A DNA stretch of 64,000 bases. Source: Candidatus Bathyarchaeota archaeon (GTDB lineage: Archaea; Thermoproteota; Bathyarchaeia; TCS64). The notes under the pieces are model-generated. The model saw nothing but the letters and a program-made list of their open reading frames with translations. It was not told the origin of the DNA and did not search any database. This document shows, piece by piece, positions 39,576-48,885 of the stretch. Made by a program: the position numbers and the translations under genes. The stretch covers positions 224,001 through 288,000 of the forward strand of contig JBDRQD010000015.1 of NCBI GenBank assembly GCA_043826455.1, given 5' to 3'. Positions within the stretch are counted from its first letter, which is position 1. Each line of letters starts with the position of its first letter.

Positions 39576-39803
39576 CTACTTTCCCGGCTTTGAGAGGAGC
39601 TCGTTGAACCTTTCTTCACATACGTCGAGCCTCAGAACCCCGCGGGAGCCTCTAACCACCATGACCCTGCCCTCGACGAACTCGATCTCGCTGATCTCCC
39701 CCAGCTCCCCCTCAAGCAGCACCTCGCCGTGGTCCCCTTTAGGTATGGAGACTTGGTGTAGGTGGGTCTTCGATTTCATCTCAACGGAGAACGAGTGTCT
39801 CAT
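39576..39803 (-). CDS. Small hypothetical protein
   Basis: 75 aa, beta-rich (HSFSVEM...EGELG...GVLRLD). Confidence 0.6.
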   Translation of the reverse strand: MRHSFSVEMKSKTHLHQVSIPKGDHGEVLLEGELGEISEIEFVEGRVMVVRGSRGVLRLDVCEERFNELLSKPGK

Positions 39804-39914
39804 CGATATCCCGTGTAACATGTCTTCGGGTTTTCATAAGGGCTGTTAGTGTACGTTACAGGGATTTTAATATCCATGATGGGAAGATAGGATCAAACGT
39901 AGACGGCGAGAAGC

Positions 39915-40682
39915 ATGGAGAAGCTATGCGACCTGTTCTTCGAGTTCAGTAACGAGGACCGGCTGCGGATACTGTACAGGCTCAGGGACGAGCCGTCCAC
40001 CGTTACGAGCCTGTCGAGGGACCTAGGCTTGACAACCCAGGAAACCAGCCGCCACCTATCTCGGCTGGGCGAGATCGGGCTCACCCTGAAGGAGCCGGAC
40101 GGGTCCCACAGCCTCACCCCCTACGGTGAGCTCTCCCTGGCCCAGATCAGTGGCTTCCGATTCACCTGCGACCACAGCGAGTACATGAAAAGCCACAGGT
40201 TAACTGGGTTACCCCAGGAGTTCATAGCCAGGATAGGTGAGCTGGAGAACAGCGTCTACACGGACGACGTCATGGTCATATTCCACAGGGTCGAGCAGAC
40301 CATCAAGGCCGCAGAGGAGTACGTCCTCAGACTCACCGACAGGTACATTATAACCGTTGTACCCACGTGGGAGAAGGCCCTCGGCAGAGGCGTCGAGTTC
40401 AGGCTGCTGGACCCCAGGAACATCGTCATCCCTCCCGAGTTCAACAGGGGACCCGTTCTCACGGAGGCACTAAGAAGTGGCCAGTTCGTGAACAAAACCT
40501 TGGAGTCCGTGGACATCTTCCTGGCCCTCTCGGAGAAAGAGGTGGCTGGCATATGTTTCCCTGGCCTGGACGGCAGGATGGACTACAGGGGTTTCCACAG
40601 CGACGACCCTGGGGTTCACAAGTGGGCCAAAGACCTCTACGAGTACTTCTGGGAAAGGTCTAAACCGAGGCCCATACAATGA
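39915..40682 (+). CDS. ArsR-type wHTH transcriptional regulator with DUF1724-like C-terminal domain
   Basis: SNEDRL.IL..L, ETSRHL.RL, LTPYG, W..DLYEYFWE. Confidence 0.82.
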   Translation: MEKLCDLFFEFSNEDRLRILYRLRDEPSTVTSLSRDLGLTTQETSRHLSRLGEIGLTLKEPDGSHSLTPYGELSLAQISGFRFTCDHSEYMKSHRLTGLPQEFIARIGELENSVYTDDVMVIFHRVEQTIKAAEEYVLRLTDRYIITVVPTWEKALGRGVEFRLLDPRNIVIPPEFNRGPVLTEALRSGQFVNKTLESVDIFLALSEKEVAGICFPGLDGRMDYRGFHSDDPGVHKWAKDLYEYFWERSKPRPIQ

Positions 40683-40689
40683 ACATTTT

Positions 40690-40762
40690 TGGCGAGTCTC
40701 CCTGGCTGGAAGGAAAAACAATGGCAACGCCATGAACCTGATTCATGGCTCCAGAGAGACTC
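40690..40762 (-). ncRNA. Candidate small structured RNA with acceptor-like stem and 3' GCCA
   Basis: 5' and 3' ends pair over 12 bp (one G-U). Internal 8-bp hairpin. TTTAAA about 29 nt upstream on the same strand. Confidence 0.4.
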
Positions 40763-40878
40763 TCATCAGGTAATCTTCGGCCCCATTTAAACTCTTAGAA
40801 GGCTCCGGCTCCTACTTCCATGAAGCTTCTTGACGCCCCAGCAAAGAAACTATGAAAGAGGCGCGGAGCCCAGGGGCG

Positions 40879-42492
40879 TCACGCCGTGTAGACTATCTTT
40901 CCGTCGATTACGGCGAGAACCGTCTTCACGTTCTTCAGGTCCTCGGGGTCGATGCTAAGCGGGTCCCTGTCCACCACGATGAGGTCAGCCAGCTTGCCCG
41001 GCTCAACGCTGCCTTTGACGTTCTCCTCAAAGGCGGCATACGCTCCGTCGATACTGTAGGCCCTGATGGCCTCCAGGGGTGTAGCCGCCTCGGCTTCGTA
41101 TAGCACCTGTCCGCCGCTGGTCCTCCTCGTCACCATGCCGTAGATGCCGTACCAGGGGTTGGGGGTGCATATGCTGGCGTCGCTGTGGCCTGGGGCTGGG
41201 ATGCCCCTGTCGATGAGGGTCCTGTGGGGCCACATGTACCTCATAGCCTCCCCGCCCCTGTTGGCCTTGTAGGCGTCCCCCAGGTCGTGGAGGAACCCTG
41301 TGGCCGAGGCGTCTATCACCCCAAGCCCGAGGAGCCTGTCCTGAATGGGTGGCGTCACGAAGCAACAGTGCTCTATCCTGTGTCTGTGGTCGGGCCAGGG
41401 CTTCCTCTTCAACGCTTTCTCTATGGCGTCCAGGGCCCTGTCTATGCCCCTGTCACCGACGCCGTCCAGGCCCACCCTTATCCCCGCGCTGTGGGCCTCC
41501 CAGACCCTCCGCTCGATGTCCTCCTGGTCGTAGAGCAGCATCCCCGTGTTCTCGGGCTCTCCCACGTAGGGCTCGTAGTAGGCCGCCGTCCTTCCGCTGG
41601 TGCTGGTGTCGAAGACCCACTCGGCCTCCGTCACCTTGAGCCACTCGTCCCCGAAGGGTGTCTGAAGCCCCATGGATGCTGCGCCCTCCACCATGCCGGC
41701 GTCTCTGCCGCTCAGGTGAACAGCGGTCCTTACCTTGAGCTTGCCTTCACGCCTGAGGCGCTGCATGGCCCTGAACTCGGCGGGGCTCACCATGCTGGCG
41801 TGGATGCTTGTGAGGCCCAGGCTCACGCACTCGTCCACGACTATCTGGAGGCCCCTGTACAGCTCATCTTCGGTGATCGCTGGTATCCTGTGGTAGACCA
41901 GGTCCTTGGCCGCTTCCCTCAGCAGTCCGGTGGGGTCCCTGTTGTGGTCGCGCTCGATTCTGCCGTGGGGAGGGTCCGGGGTGTCCCTGCCGATCCCTGC
42001 TGCCTCCAGGGCCAGGGTGTTGGCTACGCCGTTGTGGCCGTCCCTCCGCTGTATGTACAGTGGGTTGCGGGGGGCGGCCTCGTCCAGCTCCTCTAAGGTG
42101 GGGTACCGGCCCATCCTGACGTCGTCCATGCTGTACCCCAGTATCCAGTTTCCCGGTGGAGTATCATCCGCTTTCCGCCTAACGGCCTCCAGCATCTCGT
42201 CTACGCCTGTGAAGTCTGGGCCGCAGGCGACGCCCCTCACCAGGTAGGCGCCCCAGCTGCCCCCGGGGTGCATGTGGCTGTCTATGAGGCCGGGCAGCAC
42301 CGTGAGGCCCTTGAGGTCGTGGAGGATCGTGGACTCGCCCACCGCCTCCAACACGGTCTCGTTGGAGCCGACCCTGAGAATCTTACCCCACTTGACGGCG
42401 ACGGCCTCGGCTACCGTGCCATCGTTGTCGACCGTGATAACCTTCCCGTTGATGAAGGCCAAGTCAGCGCATAGGTCCCTGGGAACTATCAT
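40879..42492 (-). CDS. Amidohydrolase 3 family (YtcJ-like) metal-dependent hydrolase
   Basis: PGLIDSHMH, RIEH, SD, GSVEPGKLAD. Confidence 0.9.
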   Translation of the reverse strand: MIVPRDLCADLAFINGKVITVDNDGTVAEAVAVKWGKILRVGSNETVLEAVGESTILHDLKGLTVLPGLIDSHMHPGGSWGAYLVRGVACGPDFTGVDEMLEAVRRKADDTPPGNWILGYSMDDVRMGRYPTLEELDEAAPRNPLYIQRRDGHNGVANTLALEAAGIGRDTPDPPHGRIERDHNRDPTGLLREAAKDLVYHRIPAITEDELYRGLQIVVDECVSLGLTSIHASMVSPAEFRAMQRLRREGKLKVRTAVHLSGRDAGMVEGAASMGLQTPFGDEWLKVTEAEWVFDTSTSGRTAAYYEPYVGEPENTGMLLYDQEDIERRVWEAHSAGIRVGLDGVGDRGIDRALDAIEKALKRKPWPDHRHRIEHCCFVTPPIQDRLLGLGVIDASATGFLHDLGDAYKANRGGEAMRYMWPHRTLIDRGIPAPGHSDASICTPNPWYGIYGMVTRRTSGGQVLYEAEAATPLEAIRAYSIDGAYAAFEENVKGSVEPGKLADLIVVDRDPLSIDPEDLKNVKTVLAVIDGKIVYTA

Positions 42493-42746
42493 CTGAACCG
42501 AGTAGAATTCTTTCGCCAAGTATTTAATGGGGATGATGCAGCGGGTTCAGGTCTCTTTGTGCGGAGTTTCCATTACAGGATTTTGTTGTGTTGGTGTGGC
42601 TGTGCTGGGTTTCCTCGGCTTCGCTGGGTGGCTTATCCCGTGCCAGCCGTGATAAGGCGAAAAAATCCGTCTGATGCTTCATGCTTTTCTTTCGGTGAGA
42701 TGTTTCAGCGTTCAGCGAACATGAAAAGCGTGGTTTCTTGATATCT

Positions 42747-43694
42747 TCATTGTTTTACTCTGAGCCGCGGGGACTTGTCTGCAGGAAAGATGACTTTGTC
42801 GATATGGCTGAGCTCGTAGCTGTACTCCCCAGCCTCCTCGAGGGGGAGCTGGAACACGTACACGCCGCTGCCCCCGGCGGTGAGGGGGGTCTCCTTGGTG
42901 ACTGAGGCCACCGGGGCGTCGTCCCGCAGGAAAACGCATGTAACGTTCTCCCTCATGCTGTGGAACCTGGTAGGGTTTCTCAGCCTGACTGATACCACTG
43001 CCACCTGACCAACCTCCATCTCTGTGACTTCCGAGTCATCGAGGCTTCTCCAGGTGGAGTCCTCGTAGACGATGAAGGGGGCATCCAGCAGGGGGTACCT
43101 GGTGGTGGTGAAGGGCAGCCAGGTCTCAAGGAACCACAGGTGGGCCCGGGCCCGGCCCCTGATCTGCACCTCCACCTCGCCCCCGTAGGTGTCCGACGCC
43201 GCCTCTATCAGCGTCCTCAGCCTAGCCACGTCCTCTATCCTCAGGTTGATGTCTCTCTTCACGAGGCCTAGGTAGGGCACCTTCTGTTTGGGGAAGCTCA
43301 GTGTCTCGGAGACGAGGGTCTCTCCCTCCACAAGCAGCTCCAGCTCCACGTCTGAGACGCTGGGCTGCCTCACCACGATGGGGCTGAGGGTGACGCTGAT
43401 GAGCCACCGCCTGGCGTAGTCGGGGACCTGGGTCACCAGCTGCGCCCCGTCCTCCACGGTGGGCAGTGTGATGGTGATGCCCACGGGGAGGTCTGGTGAG
43501 CCCCCCTCCAGGATGCCTCTCAGGTACTTGGACAGCTCCTCCTCCTCTACCCTGAACAGCACCTTGAGGCTCTTCATCTCCTCGTAGCTGGCGTAGAAGT
43601 TGCCTGCCTCCCTGCCTGCCATGACGGATAGGAAGAGGATCACCAGGGTGAGGGCCCCTATGATCTCGTCCCTCTGAATGGGCTTCTCAGCCAT
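42747..43694 (-). CDS. Membrane-anchored hypothetical protein
   Basis: N-terminal TM helix followed by beta-rich, possibly Ig-like, domains. Confidence 0.65.
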   Translation of the reverse strand: MAEKPIQRDEIIGALTLVILFLSVMAGREAGNFYASYEEMKSLKVLFRVEEEELSKYLRGILEGGSPDLPVGITITLPTVEDGAQLVTQVPDYARRWLISVTLSPIVVRQPSVSDVELELLVEGETLVSETLSFPKQKVPYLGLVKRDINLRIEDVARLRTLIEAASDTYGGEVEVQIRGRARAHLWFLETWLPFTTTRYPLLDAPFIVYEDSTWRSLDDSEVTEMEVGQVAVVSVRLRNPTRFHSMRENVTCVFLRDDAPVASVTKETPLTAGGSGVYVFQLPLEEAGEYSYELSHIDKVIFPADKSPRLRVKQ

Positions 43695-43753
43695 CTCAGA
43701 TCAGCTTAGCAGCCGCAGGATATAGTGTTTACCGGCGCCAACCTGAAACATAT

Positions 43754-44782
43754 TTGAGCTGGGGGAGCACAGGTTCTGTTGAGACATTGATACTTGGCAA
43801 AGTCTCCGTAGACAAGGTGAGGGGGGTGGAGGACCTCAAGAGGAGCCTGAGGGGCTTCCTCCCAGTGTCCGACACAGTCATCGTCAAACCCAACTGGTAC
43901 AGCCCCCACCCAGCCAACTACACAGACGCCCACGCCCTCGGCCTCCTCATGGACGCAGTGGACGCCCGGTTCATAGTGGCGGAGGGGTACAGCCTGGACA
44001 GGCAGGACGGGTCACTGAAGTACACTGTGGACGGGGAGGAGGTGGACTGGAGGTGGCTCATGAGCCGCCCCGACTGGGACTGGATAATGGAGGGCAGCCG
44101 CCTCGAGCTGCTGAGAGCACAGGACCGGTGGTTCCTAGACTCCCATGGCTTCACCGACGTCATGCATGAGCACGACGCCGAGTACGTCAGCGTGTCCGAG
44201 GAGATATGGATGGGCAGAGCCCTACAACCAACCGATGTAAAGAAGAAAGTGGAGTCTGTTTATACCCCAGCTAGCACTGACAGGGTTTACGAGTTCATGC
44301 CCCGGAAGCTGGCTGTGCACCAGGGCTCCACCCTCATCAGCCTGGGCAGGGTGAAGGGCTACGGCGGTGCATACCCCAGCCTAGCACTGAAGAACATGTT
44401 CGGGTTTATACCTGACCCCATGAGGAGCTGGTGGCACGGACATAAGGATAACCGTCTCACGGCTAGTATCCTAGACATAGCTAGGGTGTACGCCTCATAC
44501 TTCCGGTTGTACGGGGTATGCGAGGCCTTCAGAAGCCTGACCGTCAGCGACCCCCAGGGCGAGGTGAAGACACCGTGGGGCGGCTATGGCGTCAAGGAGG
44601 TGGAGGGCTTCGCCGTCCACGGCTCAAACCTGGTCGACGTCGACGCCGTGACCTGCGGCCTCATAGATGTGGACCCTGATAAGGTAGGTTACATAGCCGA
44701 GGGGGAGAAGCTGTTCGGCCCCTACAGCAGGGCATCGTATCGTAGAGCAGTGGAGGAGAGACGCAGATTCATACCCTCCTGA
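43754..44782 (+). CDS. DUF362 domain protein
   Basis: IVKPN, LALKNMFG, VDVDA motifs. Confidence 0.75.
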   Translation: MSWGSTGSVETLILGKVSVDKVRGVEDLKRSLRGFLPVSDTVIVKPNWYSPHPANYTDAHALGLLMDAVDARFIVAEGYSLDRQDGSLKYTVDGEEVDWRWLMSRPDWDWIMEGSRLELLRAQDRWFLDSHGFTDVMHEHDAEYVSVSEEIWMGRALQPTDVKKKVESVYTPASTDRVYEFMPRKLAVHQGSTLISLGRVKGYGGAYPSLALKNMFGFIPDPMRSWWHGHKDNRLTASILDIARVYASYFRLYGVCEAFRSLTVSDPQGEVKTPWGGYGVKEVEGFAVHGSNLVDVDAVTCGLIDVDPDKVGYIAEGEKLFGPYSRASYRRAVEERRRFIPS

Positions 44783-44846
44783 GGGTGTTTAGACCTAAAA
44801 CTTAAAAAATGGTGTTGAGTATGGAGCCTAATTCGGAGAACCCGGC

Positions 44847-46643
44847 ATGCGGCAACTGATCCACAACGGCGTCATGGTCCCGCCCCCCTATGAGGCACAA
44901 GGGCTGACGGTTAAGATCAAGGGCAGAGAACACAGGCTCACACCGGTACAGGAGGAGCGGGCGGTTGCCTGGGCCAAGAAGATAGGAACCCCCTACGTGG
45001 AGGACCCCGTCTTCGCGGACAACTTCCACAGGGACTTCAGCGATGTTCTCGGTTTCAAGGTTCGGGCCGGAGATGTTGACTACACGGACATCTACAGGTT
45101 GGTCCTGGCTGAGCGCGAGCACCGCCAGAATCTACCCAACGAGGAGAAAAAGCGGCTCAGGGACCAGCGAAAGGCGGAGCGGGAGGCCAATAAGGAGATG
45201 TACGGGTACGCGGTCATCGACGGGGAGCGGTGCGAGTTGGGCAACTACATCGCGGAGCCCAGCAGCATCTTCATGGGCCGGGGTCAGCACCCCTTCCGGG
45301 GCAAGTGGAAGGAGGGGCCCCGTCACAGTGACATAGAGCTGAACCTGAGCCCCGGCTCGCCCAGGCCGCCGGGCGACTGGAAAACCGTCGTCTGGGACCC
45401 GGTGAGCATGTGGATCGCCCGCTGGAAGGACAAGCTCACGGACAAGATGAAGTACGTGTGGCCCCACGACAGCAGCCCCATCAAGCAGAGGAAGGAAGTA
45501 GAGAAGTTCGACAAGGCCATAGAGCTGCGCAGGAACCTGGGCAAGGTCCAGCGTCACATCATGGAGAACCTCACCAGCCCGGACATTCGCCGCCGCAAGA
45601 CCGCCACAGTCTGCTACCTCATAGACGAGCTCAATTTCAGGGTGGGCGACGAGAAGGATGAGGACGAGGCCGACACAGTGGGGGCCAGCAGCCTCCGGAC
45701 AGAGCACATCACCTTCAACCAGGACGGCACCGTGACCTTCGACTTCTTGGGCAAGGACAGCGTCCCCCTCAACCTGACGGCCAGGCTGGACCCCCGGGCC
45801 ACGGCCAACCTCAGGGAGTTTGCGGAGATGAACAGCGGGGGCCCCCTCTTCGAGGAGGTGAACAGCAGCGTTGTGAGCGAGTTCCTGGACGAGGTCATGG
45901 AAGGCGTCACAGCCAAGGTGTTCAGGACCTGCCACGCCACCGAGGCCGTGGAGAGGCGGCTCCAGCAGCTGGAGGTCAACGCAGATGAGCCCGAGTACAG
46001 GAAGAAGCACGTAGCCACCCTGGCCAACCTGGAGGCTGCCGTCACCTGCAACCATAAGCGCACCATCCCCAAGACCTGGGAGCAGGGCCTCATACGCCAG
46101 GTGGAGCGGCAGGAGCAGAGGAAGCGGAAGGCCAGGGATAACATAGCCAAGTACAAGCAGCGCATCCAGGACACCACTAGGAAGTACGAGGAGCGGATAG
46201 CCAATTATGAGGCCAAGGTGGAGGAGGACCGGGCCAAGCTCCAAGAGCTCAAAGAGGAGCTGAAGACTAAGGAGCAGGGCAAGTCCACCAAGGGCATCAG
46301 GAGCCGGGTGGAGTCCAAGCAGAAGGGCGTCAGGGCCACCAGGGAGCGCATACAGCAGACCAAGAGCAAGCACCGCGAGGCCGTGGAGAAGCTGAAACAG
46401 CAGATGGAGGAGCGGCGCCGGAAGGACCAGGAGATGATCGAGAAGTACGGGCTGCAGCTGGAGGCCAAGGAGCTGACCAGAGACTACAACCTGGGCACCA
46501 GCCTGAAGAGCTACGTTGACCCCCGCGTCTACTACGAGTGGGGACACCGAGTGGGCTACGACTGGAGAAGCTACTACAGCAACACCCTGGTGAAGAAGTT
46601 CAGCTGGGTGGACCCGGAGCCCGAGGAAGCCGACGAGAAGTAG
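44847..46643 (+). CDS. DNA topoisomerase IB (eukaryote-like)
   Basis: L.HNGV, F.GRG.HP..GK.K, FRVG.EK, FDFLGKDS, AKVFRT, CNH, GTS..SY.DPR carrying the catalytic Tyr. Confidence 0.95.
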   Translation: MRQLIHNGVMVPPPYEAQGLTVKIKGREHRLTPVQEERAVAWAKKIGTPYVEDPVFADNFHRDFSDVLGFKVRAGDVDYTDIYRLVLAEREHRQNLPNEEKKRLRDQRKAEREANKEMYGYAVIDGERCELGNYIAEPSSIFMGRGQHPFRGKWKEGPRHSDIELNLSPGSPRPPGDWKTVVWDPVSMWIARWKDKLTDKMKYVWPHDSSPIKQRKEVEKFDKAIELRRNLGKVQRHIMENLTSPDIRRRKTATVCYLIDELNFRVGDEKDEDEADTVGASSLRTEHITFNQDGTVTFDFLGKDSVPLNLTARLDPRATANLREFAEMNSGGPLFEEVNSSVVSEFLDEVMEGVTAKVFRTCHATEAVERRLQQLEVNADEPEYRKKHVATLANLEAAVTCNHKRTIPKTWEQGLIRQVERQEQRKRKARDNIAKYKQRIQDTTRKYEERIANYEAKVEEDRAKLQELKEELKTKEQGKSTKGIRSRVESKQKGVRATRERIQQTKSKHREAVEKLKQQMEERRRKDQEMIEKYGLQLEAKELTRDYNLGTSLKSYVDPRVYYEWGHRVGYDWRSYYSNTLVKKFSWVDPEPEEADEK

Positions 46644-46928
46644 CTAGCCTCCCCCGATGGGCGGCATCACCCTCACCGTGTCCCCGTCTCTCAGGGTAGT
46701 CTCGAATCCGTCCAGCCCCAGTGTGTTGACGTCGTTGACGCTGAACATGAGGTAGTCCAGGAGCCGTCCCTCGTCGTCGTAGACGTAGCCCTTGAAGGTG
46801 GGGCCGTAGAGGTCTATCAGCACATGGACTAGGTCCAGCACCGTCGAGCCCCCAGGCAGGGTGACGGCTTCATCCCTCTTGCCGGCAGCGTCCCGGGCCA
46901 TGGCGTAGTACCGGACCTTGACCCTCAT
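46644..46928 (-). CDS. MoaD/ThiS/SAMP ubiquitin-like sulfur carrier
   Basis: Beta-grasp pattern with C-terminal PPIGGG. Confidence 0.9.
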   Translation of the reverse strand: MRVKVRYYAMARDAAGKRDEAVTLPGGSTVLDLVHVLIDLYGPTFKGYVYDDEGRLLDYLMFSVNDVNTLGLDGFETTLRDGDTVRVMPPIGGG

Positions 46929-47000
46929 TACTCCTCAATTATCCCTGCAGGTTAAAGGGGTTTTTCGATAACGTTATTGGCGTCCAAGCCGACGATATAC

Positions 47001-48836
47001 ATGATTACATTGGCCGGTAAACTGAAGGGCTACGCGGGCAGATTCCTTAAGGTCAACATGACCGATGGAGCCCTCACGGACAGGGTCTTCGACGAGGCAA
47101 CTCTCAGAGGGTACCTGGGCGGCACAGGCATCGGAGCCAAGATACTGTACGACGAGGTGCCTCGGGACATCGAGTGGAGCGACCCCTGGAACATAGTCAC
47201 TATAGCCAGCGGGCCCCTGGGGGGCACCGCTGTGGGGGGATCAGGCACCATAAGCGTCGTCACCAAGGGGGCCCTCACAGGGGGCGCCACCAGCGTCCAG
47301 GCCAACGGCCTCTTCGGCGCCTACATGAGGTTCAGCGGCTACGACGGCGTAATAGTGAAGGGCGCCTCCAAAGACTGGAAGTACCTGGTCCTGAGGGACG
47401 GCAAGGCCGAGCTCAGGGATGCTTCAAGCATACTGGGGCTGGACACCTATGAGGTGACGGACAGGCTCAGGGATACATTGGGGGCCAAGGGCAGGGAGGC
47501 CAGCGTCCTCAGCATAGGGCCTGCCGGGGAGAACCTTGTAAGTTTCGCCGGAGTTTTCGTGGACCACGGTCACAGCGCCAGCCACAACGGCCCGGGCGCA
47601 GTGCTGGGCAGTAAGAGACTGAAGGCCATCGTGGCGTTCAGAGGCAAGGGCCGGGTGGAAGTTCACGACCAGAAAAAGCTGACGGCGGTGGCTCAGGAGA
47701 TGTACAGCGACGTGGAGTACTTCAGGGGCACCATCGGCGGCGTAGCCAACATGTACAAGGGCGGCAAAGGCGACCTGCCTATAAAGAACTACATGACCTA
47801 TGAGTGGGAGGCATCTCCGGAGGAGGTGGACTCCTTCGCCGAGAAGAGCATCCGCGACAAGTACCAAGCAGAGAGGATGCCTTGCTGGGGCTGCAGGCTG
47901 CTCCACAGCACCATGATGGAGGTGAAGGAGGGCAAGTACAGTTGCCACGTGGAGGAGCCCGAGTACGAGCAGATGGCGGCCTGGGGCCCCGTCATAGGCA
48001 ACGCGGATGTGGAGGCAGCCATGATGCTCAGCGGCTTGACCGACCGGCTGGGACTGGAGAACAACGAGGCGGGCTGGCTGGTGGGCTGGGTCATGGAGTG
48101 CGCCGAGAAGGGCTACATCACGAGGAAACAGCTGGGCTTCAGGACGGGCTGGGGGGACGTGGAGGGCGCCGAGCGCATCCTCAGGATGCTGTCTATCCGT
48201 GAAGGCTTCGGCGATGTGCTGGCTGAGGGCGTTAAAAGGGCCTCAGAGACGGTCGGGGGCAAGGCAGCCGAGTCAGCCATCTACACGATGAAAGGCAACT
48301 CCCCCAGGGGCCACGACCACAGGACTCGTTGGAGTGAGATGTTCGACACCTGCGTCAGCAACACCGGCACCATCGAGACCCACATGAGCGCCATGAGCCC
48401 CCAGTCCCAGGGACCCGCCAACCCCATGGAGGTGAGCAGCGAGGTGGCGCGAACCAAGGGCCTCATGCAGTTGGAGGACAGCGTGGGCACATGCCGCTTC
48501 AACACCAGGATGAACGCCGAAAGGATCGCAGAGGCAGTCTCAGCGGCTACGGGTTGGGATATGAGCGCCGAGGAGGCGTGGAACGTGGGCAGGCGAGCCG
48601 TGAACCTTCTAAGAGCCTTTAACATCCAGTCGGGGATAGGTCCTGAGCTTGATAAGCCCTCAGCCAGGTACGGTTCAACGCCGGTGGATGGCCCCACCGT
48701 GGGGATCGGCATCATGCCCCACTGGGACGGGATGCTCAGTAACTACTACTCGCTGATGGGCTGGGACGAGATGGGTGTCCCCAGGAAGGAGACCCTGGAG
48801 AGGCTGGGCATAGGCCACGTCTGGGCCGACCTCTAG
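47001..48836 (+). CDS. Tungsten-dependent aldehyde:ferredoxin oxidoreductase family protein
   Basis: GY.G..L.V, GYDG, IGPAGEN, GSK.LKA, PEYE, LAEG, YY..MGW...G.P..ETL..LG. Confidence 0.92.
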   Translation: MITLAGKLKGYAGRFLKVNMTDGALTDRVFDEATLRGYLGGTGIGAKILYDEVPRDIEWSDPWNIVTIASGPLGGTAVGGSGTISVVTKGALTGGATSVQANGLFGAYMRFSGYDGVIVKGASKDWKYLVLRDGKAELRDASSILGLDTYEVTDRLRDTLGAKGREASVLSIGPAGENLVSFAGVFVDHGHSASHNGPGAVLGSKRLKAIVAFRGKGRVEVHDQKKLTAVAQEMYSDVEYFRGTIGGVANMYKGGKGDLPIKNYMTYEWEASPEEVDSFAEKSIRDKYQAERMPCWGCRLLHSTMMEVKEGKYSCHVEEPEYEQMAAWGPVIGNADVEAAMMLSGLTDRLGLENNEAGWLVGWVMECAEKGYITRKQLGFRTGWGDVEGAERILRMLSIREGFGDVLAEGVKRASETVGGKAAESAIYTMKGNSPRGHDHRTRWSEMFDTCVSNTGTIETHMSAMSPQSQGPANPMEVSSEVARTKGLMQLEDSVGTCRFNTRMNAERIAEAVSAATGWDMSAEEAWNVGRRAVNLLRAFNIQSGIGPELDKPSARYGSTPVDGPTVGIGIMPHWDGMLSNYYSLMGWDEMGVPRKETLERLGIGHVWADL

Positions 48837-48885
48837 CGCCTCTAACCCCTCACTGTTTTATTCACCTTCACCCCATCTTCATGGT

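Noticed and set aside
40690..40770. Hammerhead or canonical tRNA reading of the minus-strand hairpin (CTGATGA overlaps its 5' flank)
   Set aside because: The stem is followed by GCCA rather than GAAA, and there is no D arm, anticodon arm or canonical T loop. It is kept only as a non-canonical RNA candidate.
45132..46547. 471-aa antisense ORF opposite topoisomerase IB, and similar long shadow ORFs (1011-2039, 7210-8205, 37206-38288, 56401-57525)
   Set aside because: They are antisense shadows of high-GC3 genes with clear family motifs on the other strand, and have no motifs of their own.
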